Shown: piece by piece, positions 22,801-35,700 of the stretch
How positions within the stretch are numbered: position 1 is the first letter of the stretch
Layout of the letters: each line of letters opens with the position of its first letter
Assembly: GCA_964276515.1 (NCBI GenBank)
Contig: OZ193910.1
Coordinates: 4,898,001 to 4,962,000, forward strand
Direction of reading: 5' to 3'
Source: Gordius albopunctatus
Lineage: Eukaryota
DNA length: 64,000 bases
Program-made: the position numbers and the translations under genes
Notes under the pieces: generated by a model
Told to the model about the DNA's origin: nothing
The model's input: only the letters and a program-made list of their open reading frames with translations
The model's database searches: none

Positions 22801-23768
22801 AATTAAAAAGCATTCATTTATTCTGTTAAAAACAATAAATCACATTATATAAAAATTAATTTAAAAAGGTTAATAATTTTATTCAATCTTTTCGCGCTAT
22901 CCTTCATCTACCACCAATTTTGTGTTAAAACGGATCAAAAAATAAATCTATTTCTTACAGCTGAAAGGATTCAAATGGAATTATACATGTATTAGGCTGG
23001 TAAGTAATCTAATGAGATCAACAAATTTTTAATGTTAGGAGGTAGCTACATTTTTAAGGATCAGTTCATTTATAATTTTGTATATTGCGTCAAATTATTC
23101 AATTTGACTAAAAATATGTTTTATTAGGGTTATTTTTAGATTTCTATGGTTATTATTTGTGATCATCTGTAAAAATTTAGAGCTAGGTTGGCCCATAATT
23201 TTTTTAATATAAAATTTTGAGTTGGGGCCAAGCTTTAGAAATATGGATTTTGAATGATATACTCACCTGCAAGAAATGCATTTAGCCAATTGAATTTTGC
23301 ATGAGGAATATAAAAATAAGTCTGTTTAGAATTAATGGACAAGAATAATATTTATAATTTGACTTAGATAAACATATTGTATAGAAAAGTTATCAAAGTT
23401 GTTTATTTAAAATGATTAAATATGGAAAGCTTTAATTCATTATTCTTGTCAGAGAAGTTTAACAGCTGATTATGTACCTACTTTTAATTGGCAGAACATG
23501 GCCAGAAAAATAAATATCATATATGATTTTAAATGCTTAAATAATAAACAAACCCTAAAATAGGGGGGATGCTATAATACAAAAACATCCTTGAAATTAA
23601 AAGTCTTGAAGTATGTTAACAAGTTATATTTTACCACTATTTATAAGTTCAATTCATAACTAATTTTTTGTGCAATTTAAATCTTATGATAATTTAATTT
23701 AGAAATATTAAAATAGATTTTTTATTGCAAAACTGGGATAGTAAAAAGTATAATCAAGAAGTTACCCA

Positions 23769-23883
23769 CATGGGCATAGCCAGGTTTAGGATTAGGGGGG
23801 GCATAATATTCATAAGTTCAATTAGGGGGGCAAAACATAAAATTTTTAAGGCTTTTTGTATTGAAAAACTGGCTACACCCATG
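23769..23883. mobile_element. hAT-type MITE (CATGGGCGTAGCC family)
   Basis: TIR CATGGGCATAGCCAG / CTGGCTACACCCATG; perfect 8-bp TSD GTTACCCA at 23761-23768 and 23884-23891. Confidence 0.85.
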
Positions 23884-24649
23884 GTTACCCATAAATTTAC
23901 AAAAAAATAAGCAATTGGCCTTTTCAAATAATTTTAATGACATAGATAATAAAAGATAACATTAGGATATAAATTTGTTTCATTAAACAGATGATCTTTA
24001 TATTCATATGCATAATGTATAAATCCCACTAGCCATTTAGGTGCAATTAAGAATGTGATTGAAACTTACAATTTTTGTTATAGCATATGCATTGAATTAA
24101 TAGCCATTTTGTGTAATGCCATGTTTCCTATATAAATATATAATTTTAGGCAAAATACAACAGCAATTAATATTAACTAATAAAAAAACATTATTACCTT
24201 TATTTTATCACTTGCAGTTGAATCATTTTAAAAATTGCGGGCATAAGAATCAAGCTACACATTCTCCATTCGAGGTGTCATTTTGTGTATGGTAAAAACG
24301 CGCTGCTAAAAATTTCTTACGAAGCGAAAGAAAACAACGCTTCTACGTTCGTTATTTACATATAAACAAACATCAGTGCGCCATGTTTAAATATCATTAT
24401 TTTTTGATAATTTCAATTAAAATTTTCTCTAGTCATTAATCTTTTGTGCAATGGTAAGAAGAAATATTTACATAAAAACTTATTTTTTATATAAAAATTG
24501 TGAAATATATTTCAAATAAATAGATGAATTACTACTCGCATAAAATATATACGAAGATACTGTATATTTAAATTATTATAATTTAATCAGTATTACTGTG
24601 CAAAGATTCATATTTAGAAGATCTTCTATCAAATTTTTATTATAAATTT

Positions 24650-25990
24650 TTTTAATTAAGTTGCAAAAGGTATGGGAAATTTGTAACTTATTCTAAAGAC
24701 CAACATGAATTTTCTACACAAAGAATTGGGTGTGAAAGTTTTGTTTTTTTTCGAATTACGTCAAATCTTGGTTCCTATTCTTTTGTTTTGTATAAATTTC
24801 ACGAGAATCATAACCATAAAGCAATTAATTTATTATTTTAATGTATTATAGTTCTAAAGGTTTAGCATATACCTTAGTAACAACTAAATGAAGCTTAAGC
24901 TGAATTAGCAGATAGTAGCATCCGTATCGATTGCAACATGTGCAAAACCTTTTTATGAAAAATGCAAAACTTGTGCTAATTAAAACAAAATCTTAGAACA
25001 ACCTACAAACTTAATGTGAGTAAAAACGACTTGGTTGACACACTCACGATACTTAAGAGTGATGGTCATGTGCCAGTTATACAGAATGAATTTGCAGGGA
25101 TTTTTTTCAAACTAAAAAATAACCAAACATATTTGCAAAATTTAGAGAGGTTTTATTTGTGGATGTTACCTACAAATTGAATGTATTCAAGTTTTCGTTT
25201 TTTATTGTTAGTCATAGTCTGTCTATGACTCATAGACAATTATAGCATCAGTATGGTTGTATGAAGCTTTTTGGTTGAATCCGAAAATCTACACCAAGTT
25301 CTATATTTTTTGATGTTTTCAAACAGTTTAGTCTATCGTGAACATCTACTCAGACTATTCTTATTGATAAGTATAGTTCCAATCGAAAGGTTTTAACCAT
25401 GGCATTTCCTCATTGCAAATTGAAATTATACATGTTCCATTTATTCCTAATATTTAAGAGGGAAATCACACCCAAAGAAGTGCAATGTTCAGTAGTCCAA
25501 AAACTTTTAAAATAACTGGTATATGCTAAATCCTCCGCTCATTATAATGACTTCCTTCTTCTTTTAAACAATTTAAATTTGTCAGAAGTTAAAATCTATT
25601 TTAACAATTCTTGGAATAATATTAAAGAAGATTAGCCATTGGCATCTACGAGGTCAAATTTGAATTATTAAAATTTTTTACTAAAAATCATTGAATCTCA
25701 CAACAGAATTATAAAAACCATTATTAAAAGTATTCTTTAATAAATTATATTTTTCAAAGATACCTAGATATTGAGAGGGATGATAAGATATTAATGGATA
25801 TAAACTCAAAAAGTACACGAGTATCTTTGACTGAGAGTGCAGAATTTATATTCAGGGAGGTATTAACAAATAGTGCATTTAATTTATTATCAAACAAATT
25901 AAAAGAAAAATGAAATTATTAAAATCGTCTAAATTGTTACTTTTCAACACATCTCGCAGCGACAACGCTTTGCCTACAATATGTCTGTTT
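24650..25990 (+). pseudogene. Decayed MULE/Mutator (ZSWIM3-like) transposase
   Basis: Plus-strand fragments HENHNH (~24800), EVLFVDVTYKLN (~25148), QTILIDKYSSNRKVLTMAFPHCKLKLYMFHLFLIFKREIT (~25351-25470) and YFNNSWNNIKED (~25598) match MULE DDE-core motifs. Many stops; element ends not found. Confidence 0.75.
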
Positions 25991-26151
25991 AGTAGCTAAA
26001 TTTCTTCATGATCGAATCAGAATTAAAGCTGTTAAGAGAGAAAGTAATTCAGTATGTATTTAGCATATAATAAATAATGTTATCATATTAGCCCTAAGTT
26101 CAGAAATCTCCTCTATCGATATTATTTAACTGATCAGTTTGGAACTCATCA

Positions 26152-26433
26152 CAGGCGCGTAGCCAGGATTTTCTCAAGGGGGAAGAAAAATTCTAAAAAT
26201 TTCGACACTTTTATTTATAATGTAACAAAAGTAAACTTCGCGTACAATATATGCGAAACTTCAAGGCGCGCTATATAACCAGCTTTGGAAAAATCTCTTC
26301 TCTTCTCTTCATTAATCAGAGCATTTACTATCGCTTTTGTACCTTAAAAAAACATGGACCTTCAAAAAACTATTCACATTTTGGTCAAGGGGGCAGAAAA
26401 TTCCAGCTTTCTTCCCCCTTGGCTACGCGCCTG
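26152..26433 (+). mobile_element. 282-bp hAT-type MITE
   Basis: TIR CAGGCGCGTAGCCA / TGGCTACGCGCCTG; perfect TSD ACTCATCA. Close copies at 29494-29750 (minus) and 62046-62329. Confidence 0.9.
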
Positions 26434-27766
26434 ACTCATCAGCAGCCTGTTTGCTTGTTTTCTTACCAAGGCCTAAGCCAATTTTAAATTATAAAGACAT
26501 GCATAAATTGGATCTTAGATTAGTATTAGGGTTAGAGTTTGGGTTGAAGAAGGGTTGAAGTTAAGGTTCGACTGATTATTATTGCTTGCAGGAGACACTA
26601 TTATTAGCCATGAGCTTCATAAAATTTAGACAAATTTTGAATGTTTCAAAAATAATATGTATATTTAATATTAATTTTTTAATATAATATTTTTCAAGCC
26701 AACATTTAATAAATAATTTCTTCTGTTAATGATTTACAAAATAATTACAATAATTTATTTTATATTTAATAATAATAATTGATAAACCGATGCGCAAAGT
26801 TGAACCATTTATTGGTTTAAATAGCTTGGTTTGGGTTAGTTTTTAATTTTTTCAAATAAAATTTTTAGACACAACTTTTATACATTTTATAAAAATCAGT
26901 CAATTAGTTATGTTTTTTTAATTTAGGTAATATTCAGAAAGACATCAGCTGTATATGATAAATGTTTGGCAGCATTTGTCTTAAATATGGGTGACTACAT
27001 GGCCGTAGCCGGGGTCTTAAAAATTAAAAAAGTCCCCCCTCCCCTAATCCAAAACTTGGCTACGCCCATGTGACTATATAAATCTTGATATCTATTATTG
27101 TTATTTTAATTAAACAAATATATTGCCTGATTTTAAATATAATTTTATCATAATATCCATTTTATTCAAAAAAATGTTAACTCTACTAGTAAGTTCTAAA
27201 ATGAACAAATTGGACGTGAATTACAAACAATGTTGAGTCTTTAGATTCTAACAAATCTAAGTAGACGCCCCCAGAATTTGTAAAAAGTCTTTAAAAGCTA
27301 TAGGATTATTTGTCAAATAAAATATTTCGTTAATAAATAAGGTTCAAAAAAGTCTCTTTCGTTGACAATCTCTTATACCTTATTTATGGTTGCATATATG
27401 GCCCTTGTCTGGTATCCTATTATTATCATGTCTTAAGTTATCGTACAAAATCTTTATAAGTGAGTACCAAAACTCTATACAATTAGAATCGAACTCAATC
27501 AAGTGTGATCTTTCAACTCACTTCCCATAAGACATAAATTGACGTGTCAATGTGGGTATTCCATCATGTCCTTCATTTGTTTAATTAACGCCTCTAATGT
27601 ATGTCTAATGTAAGAACTTGTCAAAGTTATCTATATTTAATACAAAGTGATTTTATTAGTTTATCAGTATTCTTCTAGAATCCATCCCAAACAGGTATCT
27701 TTTAATAAATCATTTTTAATGAGGGAGGTAAACTTTAAAACTAAATCGCTCATTAAACAATATTTC

Positions 27767-28450
27767 TTAGGCATGGGCGCCTTTTCGTTTACGCCTTCGC
27801 CTAGAACCTTGATTCTTTTTTAGTACTAAAGTCAACGTTATTGTCGATGATGCACTTGATGGGCTTTCACTAGAGTTAGAAATGTTTCTTCTATCTTTAA
27901 CTCTTTCGCTTTTAGTACGATAACATTTCCTATTTGTCTTGGGCAAGAATAGGTAATTATCGTAAATGTCTTTTTGCGTGATGCCTTCCGAAGTAGGATA
28001 GGGAGCTTTAGGGGGTGTGAATCTGCAAGGTAATATTGATTTGCCAACTTTTAAGACTTTGGCTGGCACACTTCTATTGAAGCCGCTATCTTTTATTTTA
28101 ATCATTTGCACATCCCCATTGTCAATTAATTCGTTTAATAAGTCTTCAAAATTTCGTGACGTATAAATATTCGATAAATGATTTATGTAATTTATCATTT
28201 CATTAATATCTTTTACGACATGATTAATTTGTTGGAGATAAATATCCAAAAATTTCATCAACGCAATCAGATCTTGGCATAACTCGGATATTAGAAGTGA
28301 ATAAAATATTACCCTCTTCAAATTATTTGTCTCCATATCTTCATATGCATCAAGGGCAATGGAGAATCGTGTTTTATCCGTTATTGGATATATTTTAGCA
28401 ACTAAATCTGCATAGCGTTTCAAATCATGTAAATTTACATAAACATTCAT
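27767..28450 (-). CDS. Intronless 227-aa protein: helical N-terminus (possible remote ABI N-terminal domain) and basic NLS-like C-terminus
   Basis: 684-bp ORF in very AT-rich DNA, with an amphipathic helical first ~100 aa and C-terminal RRRRKRK. The ABI similarity is by eye only. Confidence 0.6.
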   Translation of the reverse strand: MNVYVNLHDLKRYADLVAKIYPITDKTRFSIALDAYEDMETNNLKRVIFYSLLISELCQDLIALMKFLDIYLQQINHVVKDINEMINYINHLSNIYTSRNFEDLLNELIDNGDVQMIKIKDSGFNRSVPAKVLKVGKSILPCRFTPPKAPYPTSEGITQKDIYDNYLFLPKTNRKCYRTKSERVKDRRNISNSSESPSSASSTITLTLVLKKNQGSRRRRKRKGAHA

Positions 28451-29493
28451 TTAATTAAATTATTATTTATAATCTATCACATAAGTTGTATAAAATTATG
28501 TGCACAACAATGGTAAATTTATACAATAACTTATCTCATTTCTTAAATTTATTTTTGATACATCGTTTAAATATAATCCTTTGCCAAGAAGGTAGCTAGG
28601 GGTAGCAAAAGAGCGGGTGCCCCTGCTTCCCATCTCTTTAGACGTATCAAAAAAGTATTATTTTGACAATACCTAAAATATTACCAAACTTTTGGCCCCT
28701 TAAATCCAAACCACGGCAACGCCCATGCTTTTTGTTTTGCTTTATCCATCAATTAAGCTCGCGTGGCAATAAAGTTTTGCATGGGGGTTTCCCATTAACA
28801 TGGCAATAAAAATTACTCCATGGTTGGGTTGGGACAACATTTAGAAGTGGTGGGGATAGGTTTGATACCATTAATAAAAGTAAATGACTCTAATTTCATT
28901 AACGATTCAACGATTTCCTTGATATTAATTTTACCCTTGAGAGTACTTATGAAAATCTCAACCCCGAACAAACTTGTGGGGTATGTCGAACCCTATTTAA
29001 ATGTTCATAATTTTGACACAAATAAAGGAACCCTTCTCAATTTTTATATATAAGTTTATTAAAGCCTTTTATAGGTTTGTGTAAAAAATTATTTGAATAA
29101 AAATTGGCAACCGAACCAGAAATACCTTGTAATGGTGGTTGAGCTAGTGTACTCTCGTGATCCAAGGAGCTATACCTTTGGTAGCTAAATACAATTGTGT
29201 TTTTTACTGGTGGGGTCACCCTATTGGCAAGGTTGTTGGTGACGAATCAGACAAAAATTTATGGGCTTTTGAGTGAATTCTAGTGAAATATAGAAGTGCT
29301 GGATTGACTTAACAATATGAGTCGGTCTGAACAAAAGTTAAACTCTCCTAGTTACTGGAATCATTAAGAATAGTAGGTTGCCAAGCGCCCAAACCTAACA
29401 TAGTTCCGTCAGGCATGGAAAGCCGGGATATAAATACTCACTCATTCCATATAAACCAAAATGTATAATACAACAAAGAAGCAGCATAAAAAC

Positions 29494-29750
29494 CTAGGGT
29501 AGAAAGCGGGAATTTTCTGGCCCCTTGATCAAAATTTGAAACTTTTTTTGAAGGTCCATGTCCTTTTTTAAGTTATAAAATCGATAGTAAATGCTCTGAT
29601 TAATGAAGAGAGGAGGTTTTTCCAAAGCTGGTAATATAGCGCACCTTGAAGTTTCGTATATTTTGTACCCGAAGTTTACTTTTGTTACATTATAAATAAA
29701 AGTGTCGAAATTTTTTTTGAATTTTTCTTCCCCCTTGAGAAAATCCTGGC
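29494..29750 (-). mobile_element. End-truncated copy of the 282-bp MITE
   Basis: Reverse complement matches the interior of 26152-26433; both TIR tips are missing. Confidence 0.85.
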
Positions 29751-32700
29751 TGATAGAAGCAATCATGAATTGAATAAAAATAGCTCCTATCCAAAACTAT
29801 GAAAATTAAAAAAAATTAGAAGCAATATTCATTTTAAATATTATACACCTGCGTAAATTACTATTTAAATAATGTTGAAAAGAATAAAAAAAATTCTTAA
29901 CTGACAGGTATTATAGCTTTTGCTAAATTATTAAAATACTGAAAAAAAAACAAATTTTGAAATGTAAATCTACAAAATTAAATTAAAACTTTCGTGGGAC
30001 CTCACACTCCCCACAAGTACTTTTGATGATTATAAAGATATAATGAAGTGGATTATTATTACTAAAATGACAAAAATTTATTGAATGAGACTCTGAGGCA
30101 AATATACTGTAATAAATAAGATGTTGGTCTTTTATTTAAAAAATGTTTATGCCTAAGAAGATTCTATTATATTTCATAATGAGAAATTACTGAACAGCCG
30201 AATTATTTTTTATCATAAATCACCCAACTCGATCCAACGCAAATGAGCATTTAAATTAATTAGTAATCCGCAAACCTTAATTAAGTCAGGGGCATGAGAC
30301 ATTTTGAATAAAACACTTGCTTATATTTGGTTTTTTAGGGGCAAAATAGGAAATAATTTATTTCTCCTTTTCATCCATTTCCTGTTAGAAGTAGGTTTAA
30401 TATATTTAAATTTATTTCCTGTTACCATTGATTAAATATTATTTCAGACAACCAATTACTTCAATATTCATAGATTAAAAAACAAAATTAAAATAAATCA
30501 TGTTATTATGATGATGGAGTTGCCATTCGGGCGTAAAATGATCATATATCAAAATTTATATCACACTCAAATGGACCTCAACCATTAATCAAAAATACAC
30601 CATTCCTGCCATTTAAATTAACGTGGCTTAAATAAGATGTCATTTAAGTACAAAATAAAATTTAGGATTAAAATAACTATAAAATCTACGAATGCCAAAT
30701 TAAAGGTAAATTTTAGTTTCATATTATATTATTAAAACAGACCACACGACTATGGAACCAAATAACTGATATAGAAGATTGAAGAAGAAGATATATATTA
30801 GCTTGCCCTAACCCTAAGTTTAAAAAAATTTCAAGATATAAACTTCAAATACAATGTGTGGAGGCTGGTGCTTTAGCTTTTGGCTAACAAAGTGTTATAG
30901 TTTTATGAGTATTAAACTTTATTTAATTTATTTAAAAAAAATAACTTGAAACACCTGGGCTGTCAAGTTTCCGGAATTTTCTTATCATAATCTTGTTCAT
31001 CATTTGTTACAAATAAATACTAAGTTTGCATATTTTCATATTGAAAGACAAAAAATTGAGTTCGTTTAATTTAAATATATGCGTTTTGCGTTAGACATCC
31101 TCTATCTTTTGATAAAATCTAGGCAACTAAATTATAAATTACTTATTTGACGAAATTTTTTTACAAATTAAATTAAAATTGTAGGCATTTCATTTTTTGC
31201 AAAGCGAATTAAGCACTACAATTCTCCATTCATTCGTAAATTTTAATGTCTGTACAATCAACAACATAAAAGAGCTATGTTTTCACTTCTAATTTAAAAT
31301 ATTTTTGTGACACAAAAACATAAGACAAACGGAATTTTCGCTCGCGAAGTTCAAGATCCTCATGCCATTTTATTAATTTATCATGATTAACAACCAGCCC
31401 TGTTGTGGGGAGCGAGGAAGGATCATTAATAAAGTGGGATTATCCGTTGAAGGCTTAAACATCGCATGAATAGTGAAAAAAATTGAATTAAATCGAATGT
31501 GTTAGTATAAATGCGTGAGTTAGGACTTTGGATTTGTTTGTTTAAATTGATTTTAAAGACCTTTTTAATCTTCTGATCGGCTTGAAGCTATCGTTGCTTT
31601 AAGTAAAATTACGTCTCCCTTAAGTGTCTAAAATTCCGTCTTATGGCCCAAATTATCGCGTTTTAAGTTATTCTCCCATAACCACTTAATCGGAAGCCAG
31701 GCTGTGATTGGCAATTAAATTTGAATTTCACTTGGTAAATTTACTTTTATGAATCTTAAAATATGTAGTTAACTAAAAGTATCCTAAATGTACCAGTTTT
31801 TGTTTGTTAAACACTTAGAATGCAAAAGCTAATATAGTTAACTGTGTTTTTGGAAAGAAATGTTTTGGTAAAGAGAGCAACCTAAATGTAAATATACTTG
31901 TTCCTTGATCTAAAATCGTACCACCTTTAACAACGTAAGTTTGCCCAAAATTGAGTAGTTCAGATATATCCTTTAATCCATCTTTGAAATTTTGGGTTAA
32001 AGGAGTTTGCTACTTGTTAAAACACAATTTAATATAATTATTAAGTTAAATTATAAAGTTTGTTGTGCAACACCGTTCCCTCCTTACAAAAAAAATCAAA
32101 GAATTTTAAAACAACAAAGGGGTTTGACAATTCGAAAAAATTGTCAATTAGAAGCTTTTAGAATAGTAAGAGAACAGAACTTTTGACAATCAATCATCAT
32201 TCGCTCTATAGGATTATACTAGTTATATATAAACACAGACATCTTTGGCCTATCGATTTAATATCTCCTTTATGACGTGCGCAGGACGTCCCGCTGATAC
32301 CAACATCGAAAGAACAGTTGTTTGTAGCTTATAAATCATATAATTTTTTTTAAACAGCCGCTGGTCACCTACCTCCTGTCATGTCATATAAAAAATAAAA
32401 GGTATAGAGCGCCTTTTTTATATATTTCCATAGGATCGATTAGGATTTAATTTAAAGGGCCCACTAAATCCCTTCTGTTCAACTCTATGTTTGCGGCACT
32501 GTTTAAAGAAACAAATTCTTGTGATCAAAGGATTGGCTTAGGCCAGTTAACCGCATAAAATCTTAGATCCTTTCCCCCCATACTTTCCCACCATTTAACT
32601 TCCTCCATTTATTAATAAAAGTAAAATATGCTGGCATAAAAATTGGCTTAGAGGTTACACTTATAACAAATGTTATTACATGTAAAGATTGTATGTACAG

Positions 32701-35700
32701 ACTACAGCGTTCCATAATATTTTATTTCTAGTGTTGAAGTCGGTTGGACATTTCATACAGGCTTTGGGGAAATTAAGGATCCAATAAAGGGGCAATTGTC
32801 CCAATATTAAAATATTGAAGAGGAGGAGAGGAATTATATAAAATTATTTTATTTACTTTGTTTTTATTTATATATTATTTTACGCTATTTAAAAAAGTCT
32901 CTACCTTTCATACATTCTTTGTACTATGTTTGAGACAAACACAAATAATGCTTAATTACTTTTGTCCAGAGTTACAAGTGTCTTCTTACTGGTCATCCGA
33001 CACCTTTCACCAAGATTATCCCATTCATAACAATAGCCTGGCCCCGACATTAGACGCTATTTGTCGTCTATAAAGGTGTTGTTAAGCATACATTGTATTT
33101 CACAAACAAATTACAAAATCAAAATGTGTTTTTTTAATCGTTTATAAACCTATTTTAGTAGTAAAAGGGGAAAAGTTGTATTTTAAACATTATTTAGACT
33201 TGCGTGTTTAATCAAGAGCCGCAAATTAGGTATTGGATCATTTAAAATAGGTATAAATGCAAAATTTAAAAAAATTCAACCAAAATATTGTTTATATAAG
33301 AGTTTTTGGATTTGAAGGAGGGGGGGGGGGGTGAATCTGCGTGGGCCTAGGCAGGAATAGATTCAGAGGGGGATCATTTAGGAAGGGGCAAAATTATAAA
33401 ATTTGGTCACTCTAGCCATAATTATATCAAATTTTTGAATTTAGAGGGGGCAGCGGCCCCTCCCCCTGTCTACGCCCACGGGCATCTGCCCTTATTTGCT
33501 TCCACCTGGCTATCCCTATGTATCAAGAATTTTACGATTTGTAATAATCAAATCGTCACATCTTAACTCAATCTTATATTTCGACAGAGCAAAAGGTATA
33601 ATTAAGAATATTCAACATGTTACAAAAAAAATTTGTCAGCTTATTGTTCCCTAGTAGTATTAACATGAATATTTATAGATTTGTGGTGCGAAAGTTTTTA
33701 TGAACTTTGGAATCAAAAAAATGTAGTCTTATACGGGTCGTGGAAAAGTTAATGATTTATTAATTGAGATCACATGCGAGGTGGAAGAAGCCAAGTTTAA
33801 TTGATTTATGACTTGATGCTGATAATAATTAATCCGTTATCGCCATGTGGAACATAATTTTACCCACGTGAATTTTTCCCTCAACCATGTATTGTGTATG
33901 TAAAATATTAGAATCATGCAAGGCCCATAAATTAAACGAAATGCGCCTGCCCAACAACTGGAAATTGTGTATCAATTTATGTGTTTGTTCTATAAAAAAT
34001 GCCTGCTGTATTATAGGAAACTAATTAAAATGGATAAAATCCCATGTTTTTGCCTTGCAATAACTCTCGGTTTCATGGGCGTCAATGATTGAGAGGGGGG
34101 GGAGTAAACGAAAATGTTTTAAATTTTAACAAGAATTGACTCAAATGCGCTCTAATTTTCCTGTTTAAAAGGGGACAAGCCCCCCCCCCCCTAATGCTTT
34201 TATGATGTTCACTTAGTCTTGTACAAATCTTAGTTTTAAATAACAAAAAATTGTATACATTATTTAGTCCAAATAATAGCAACCTATTTTTGAAATATAT
34301 GGGTTAATAATTTTCTAAGTCCGGTTTTGTCTGCAATTTTATTAGGATCGGTTTGCATAGCTAAGGGTATAGAAATTCATAAGCCCATCCCTTCAAATCT
34401 TTACCGCTGTCCCTTTCTTTCATTATTATTAAGTTGGTTAAACTAATGGTCATTATACAAAACATTATATTTTTTAGGCATGATATAATTTAAAATTTTT
34501 CCCAGGTTTGGATTTAACACGTCAAATTATCAATTAAGAGGTTTCCAGGAACAATAATGTCCCAACAATTTTTAGCCTACAAATTTAATCTGGAATAATT
34601 AAAAAAGAATTAATTTAGCCTAACAAACCCTTTAAGCCGTGGGAAAATAATTCATTATCGAGAGATATGATTTTCAAAGAAAATCTGCGATGGAACTTTC
34701 GGAATCTGTTTGCGATTAAATTGTTTCACTAATTAGATTTATTCTCACCAAACAACGGGCGCCTTTCTAGAACTAGATGCTTGAATAATCCCATTGACCT
34801 AACCAGGGACAGGCAGGGTGAGCAGTCCTTAATCTAAAATAGAATAGATTAATTGATAAAATTTCGGAAAATACTAAATTTGCCCCCCCCCCCCAATTAT
34901 TATTAAACTTTTTGACCCCTTCTCCTTAATTGAATTTCTGGCTATACCCTGCATGTGTATGCCTTTGAAGTGCAATTTGACGTATAATAACTAAAAAATA
35001 GCCTGATTTTGATCAATTATAGATTTAAAATAATTAATTTAATGAGGCCGATTGAACTTTCTCCATGAGCTTGCCCAAATGTTTAGGAAATTAAACAAAA
35101 AAAGCATTTAAATTTTTTTTATCTTTTTTCATAAGCTTGTCCAAATATTTCGGAAAATTAAATAAAAAGACCCAACTTAAAAATGACTATTTAAGAATAA
35201 AATTAAATTTTACCACTTTACATGGTAGTACAGACAACTTAAAAGACCCGAGGCAATCCTGAATTTATAAATTATGATTATATTTATTATGGTCAAGATG
35301 GGCGTCAGGATTAAAGGTCACTTGGCGTTAGGGACATGCATTTCCCTAATAATTAGTGAGGATTCATTTGCATAAACGGTCGTCTCTTTAGGTGCCGTGG
35401 GTCATTTGGGACCCCAGATGACCATTGGCATCATTCAAATCATCTAATTTGACTAACACTTCTGATTAGTATTTAAATTAATAGCGATCACATGTCACAT
35501 CTATTCAATCTCTTAATTATCGTCTGATTAGTGGGAAAAAAATTGTTAAACATTTCCAAATTTTATAACGTAAGTTACCTATCATTTCATTAACTATTTT
35601 TTGCAATGCAAAATCAGAGCTTAACATTTATTTCGTGTCATCTGGTGCAAAACTGAAGACTGAATGACTACACTATTTTTTTGATTTTTAATATAACAGT

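Noticed and set aside
29950..30810. Possible Sola2-like transposase relic (SCYYDD...KFISHSNGP)
   Set aside because: Too decayed; catalytic motifs and termini are not recognisable without a search.
31416..31428. GGAAGGATCATTA, identical to the 18S rRNA 3' end
   Set aside because: Only 13 nt match, with no upstream 18S or downstream ITS/5.8S sequence.
31815..33075. Exon-like open stretches (QTPLTQNFKDGLKDISELL..., TNNCSFDVGISGTSCARHKG...)
   Set aside because: No consistent splice path and no recognisable domain.
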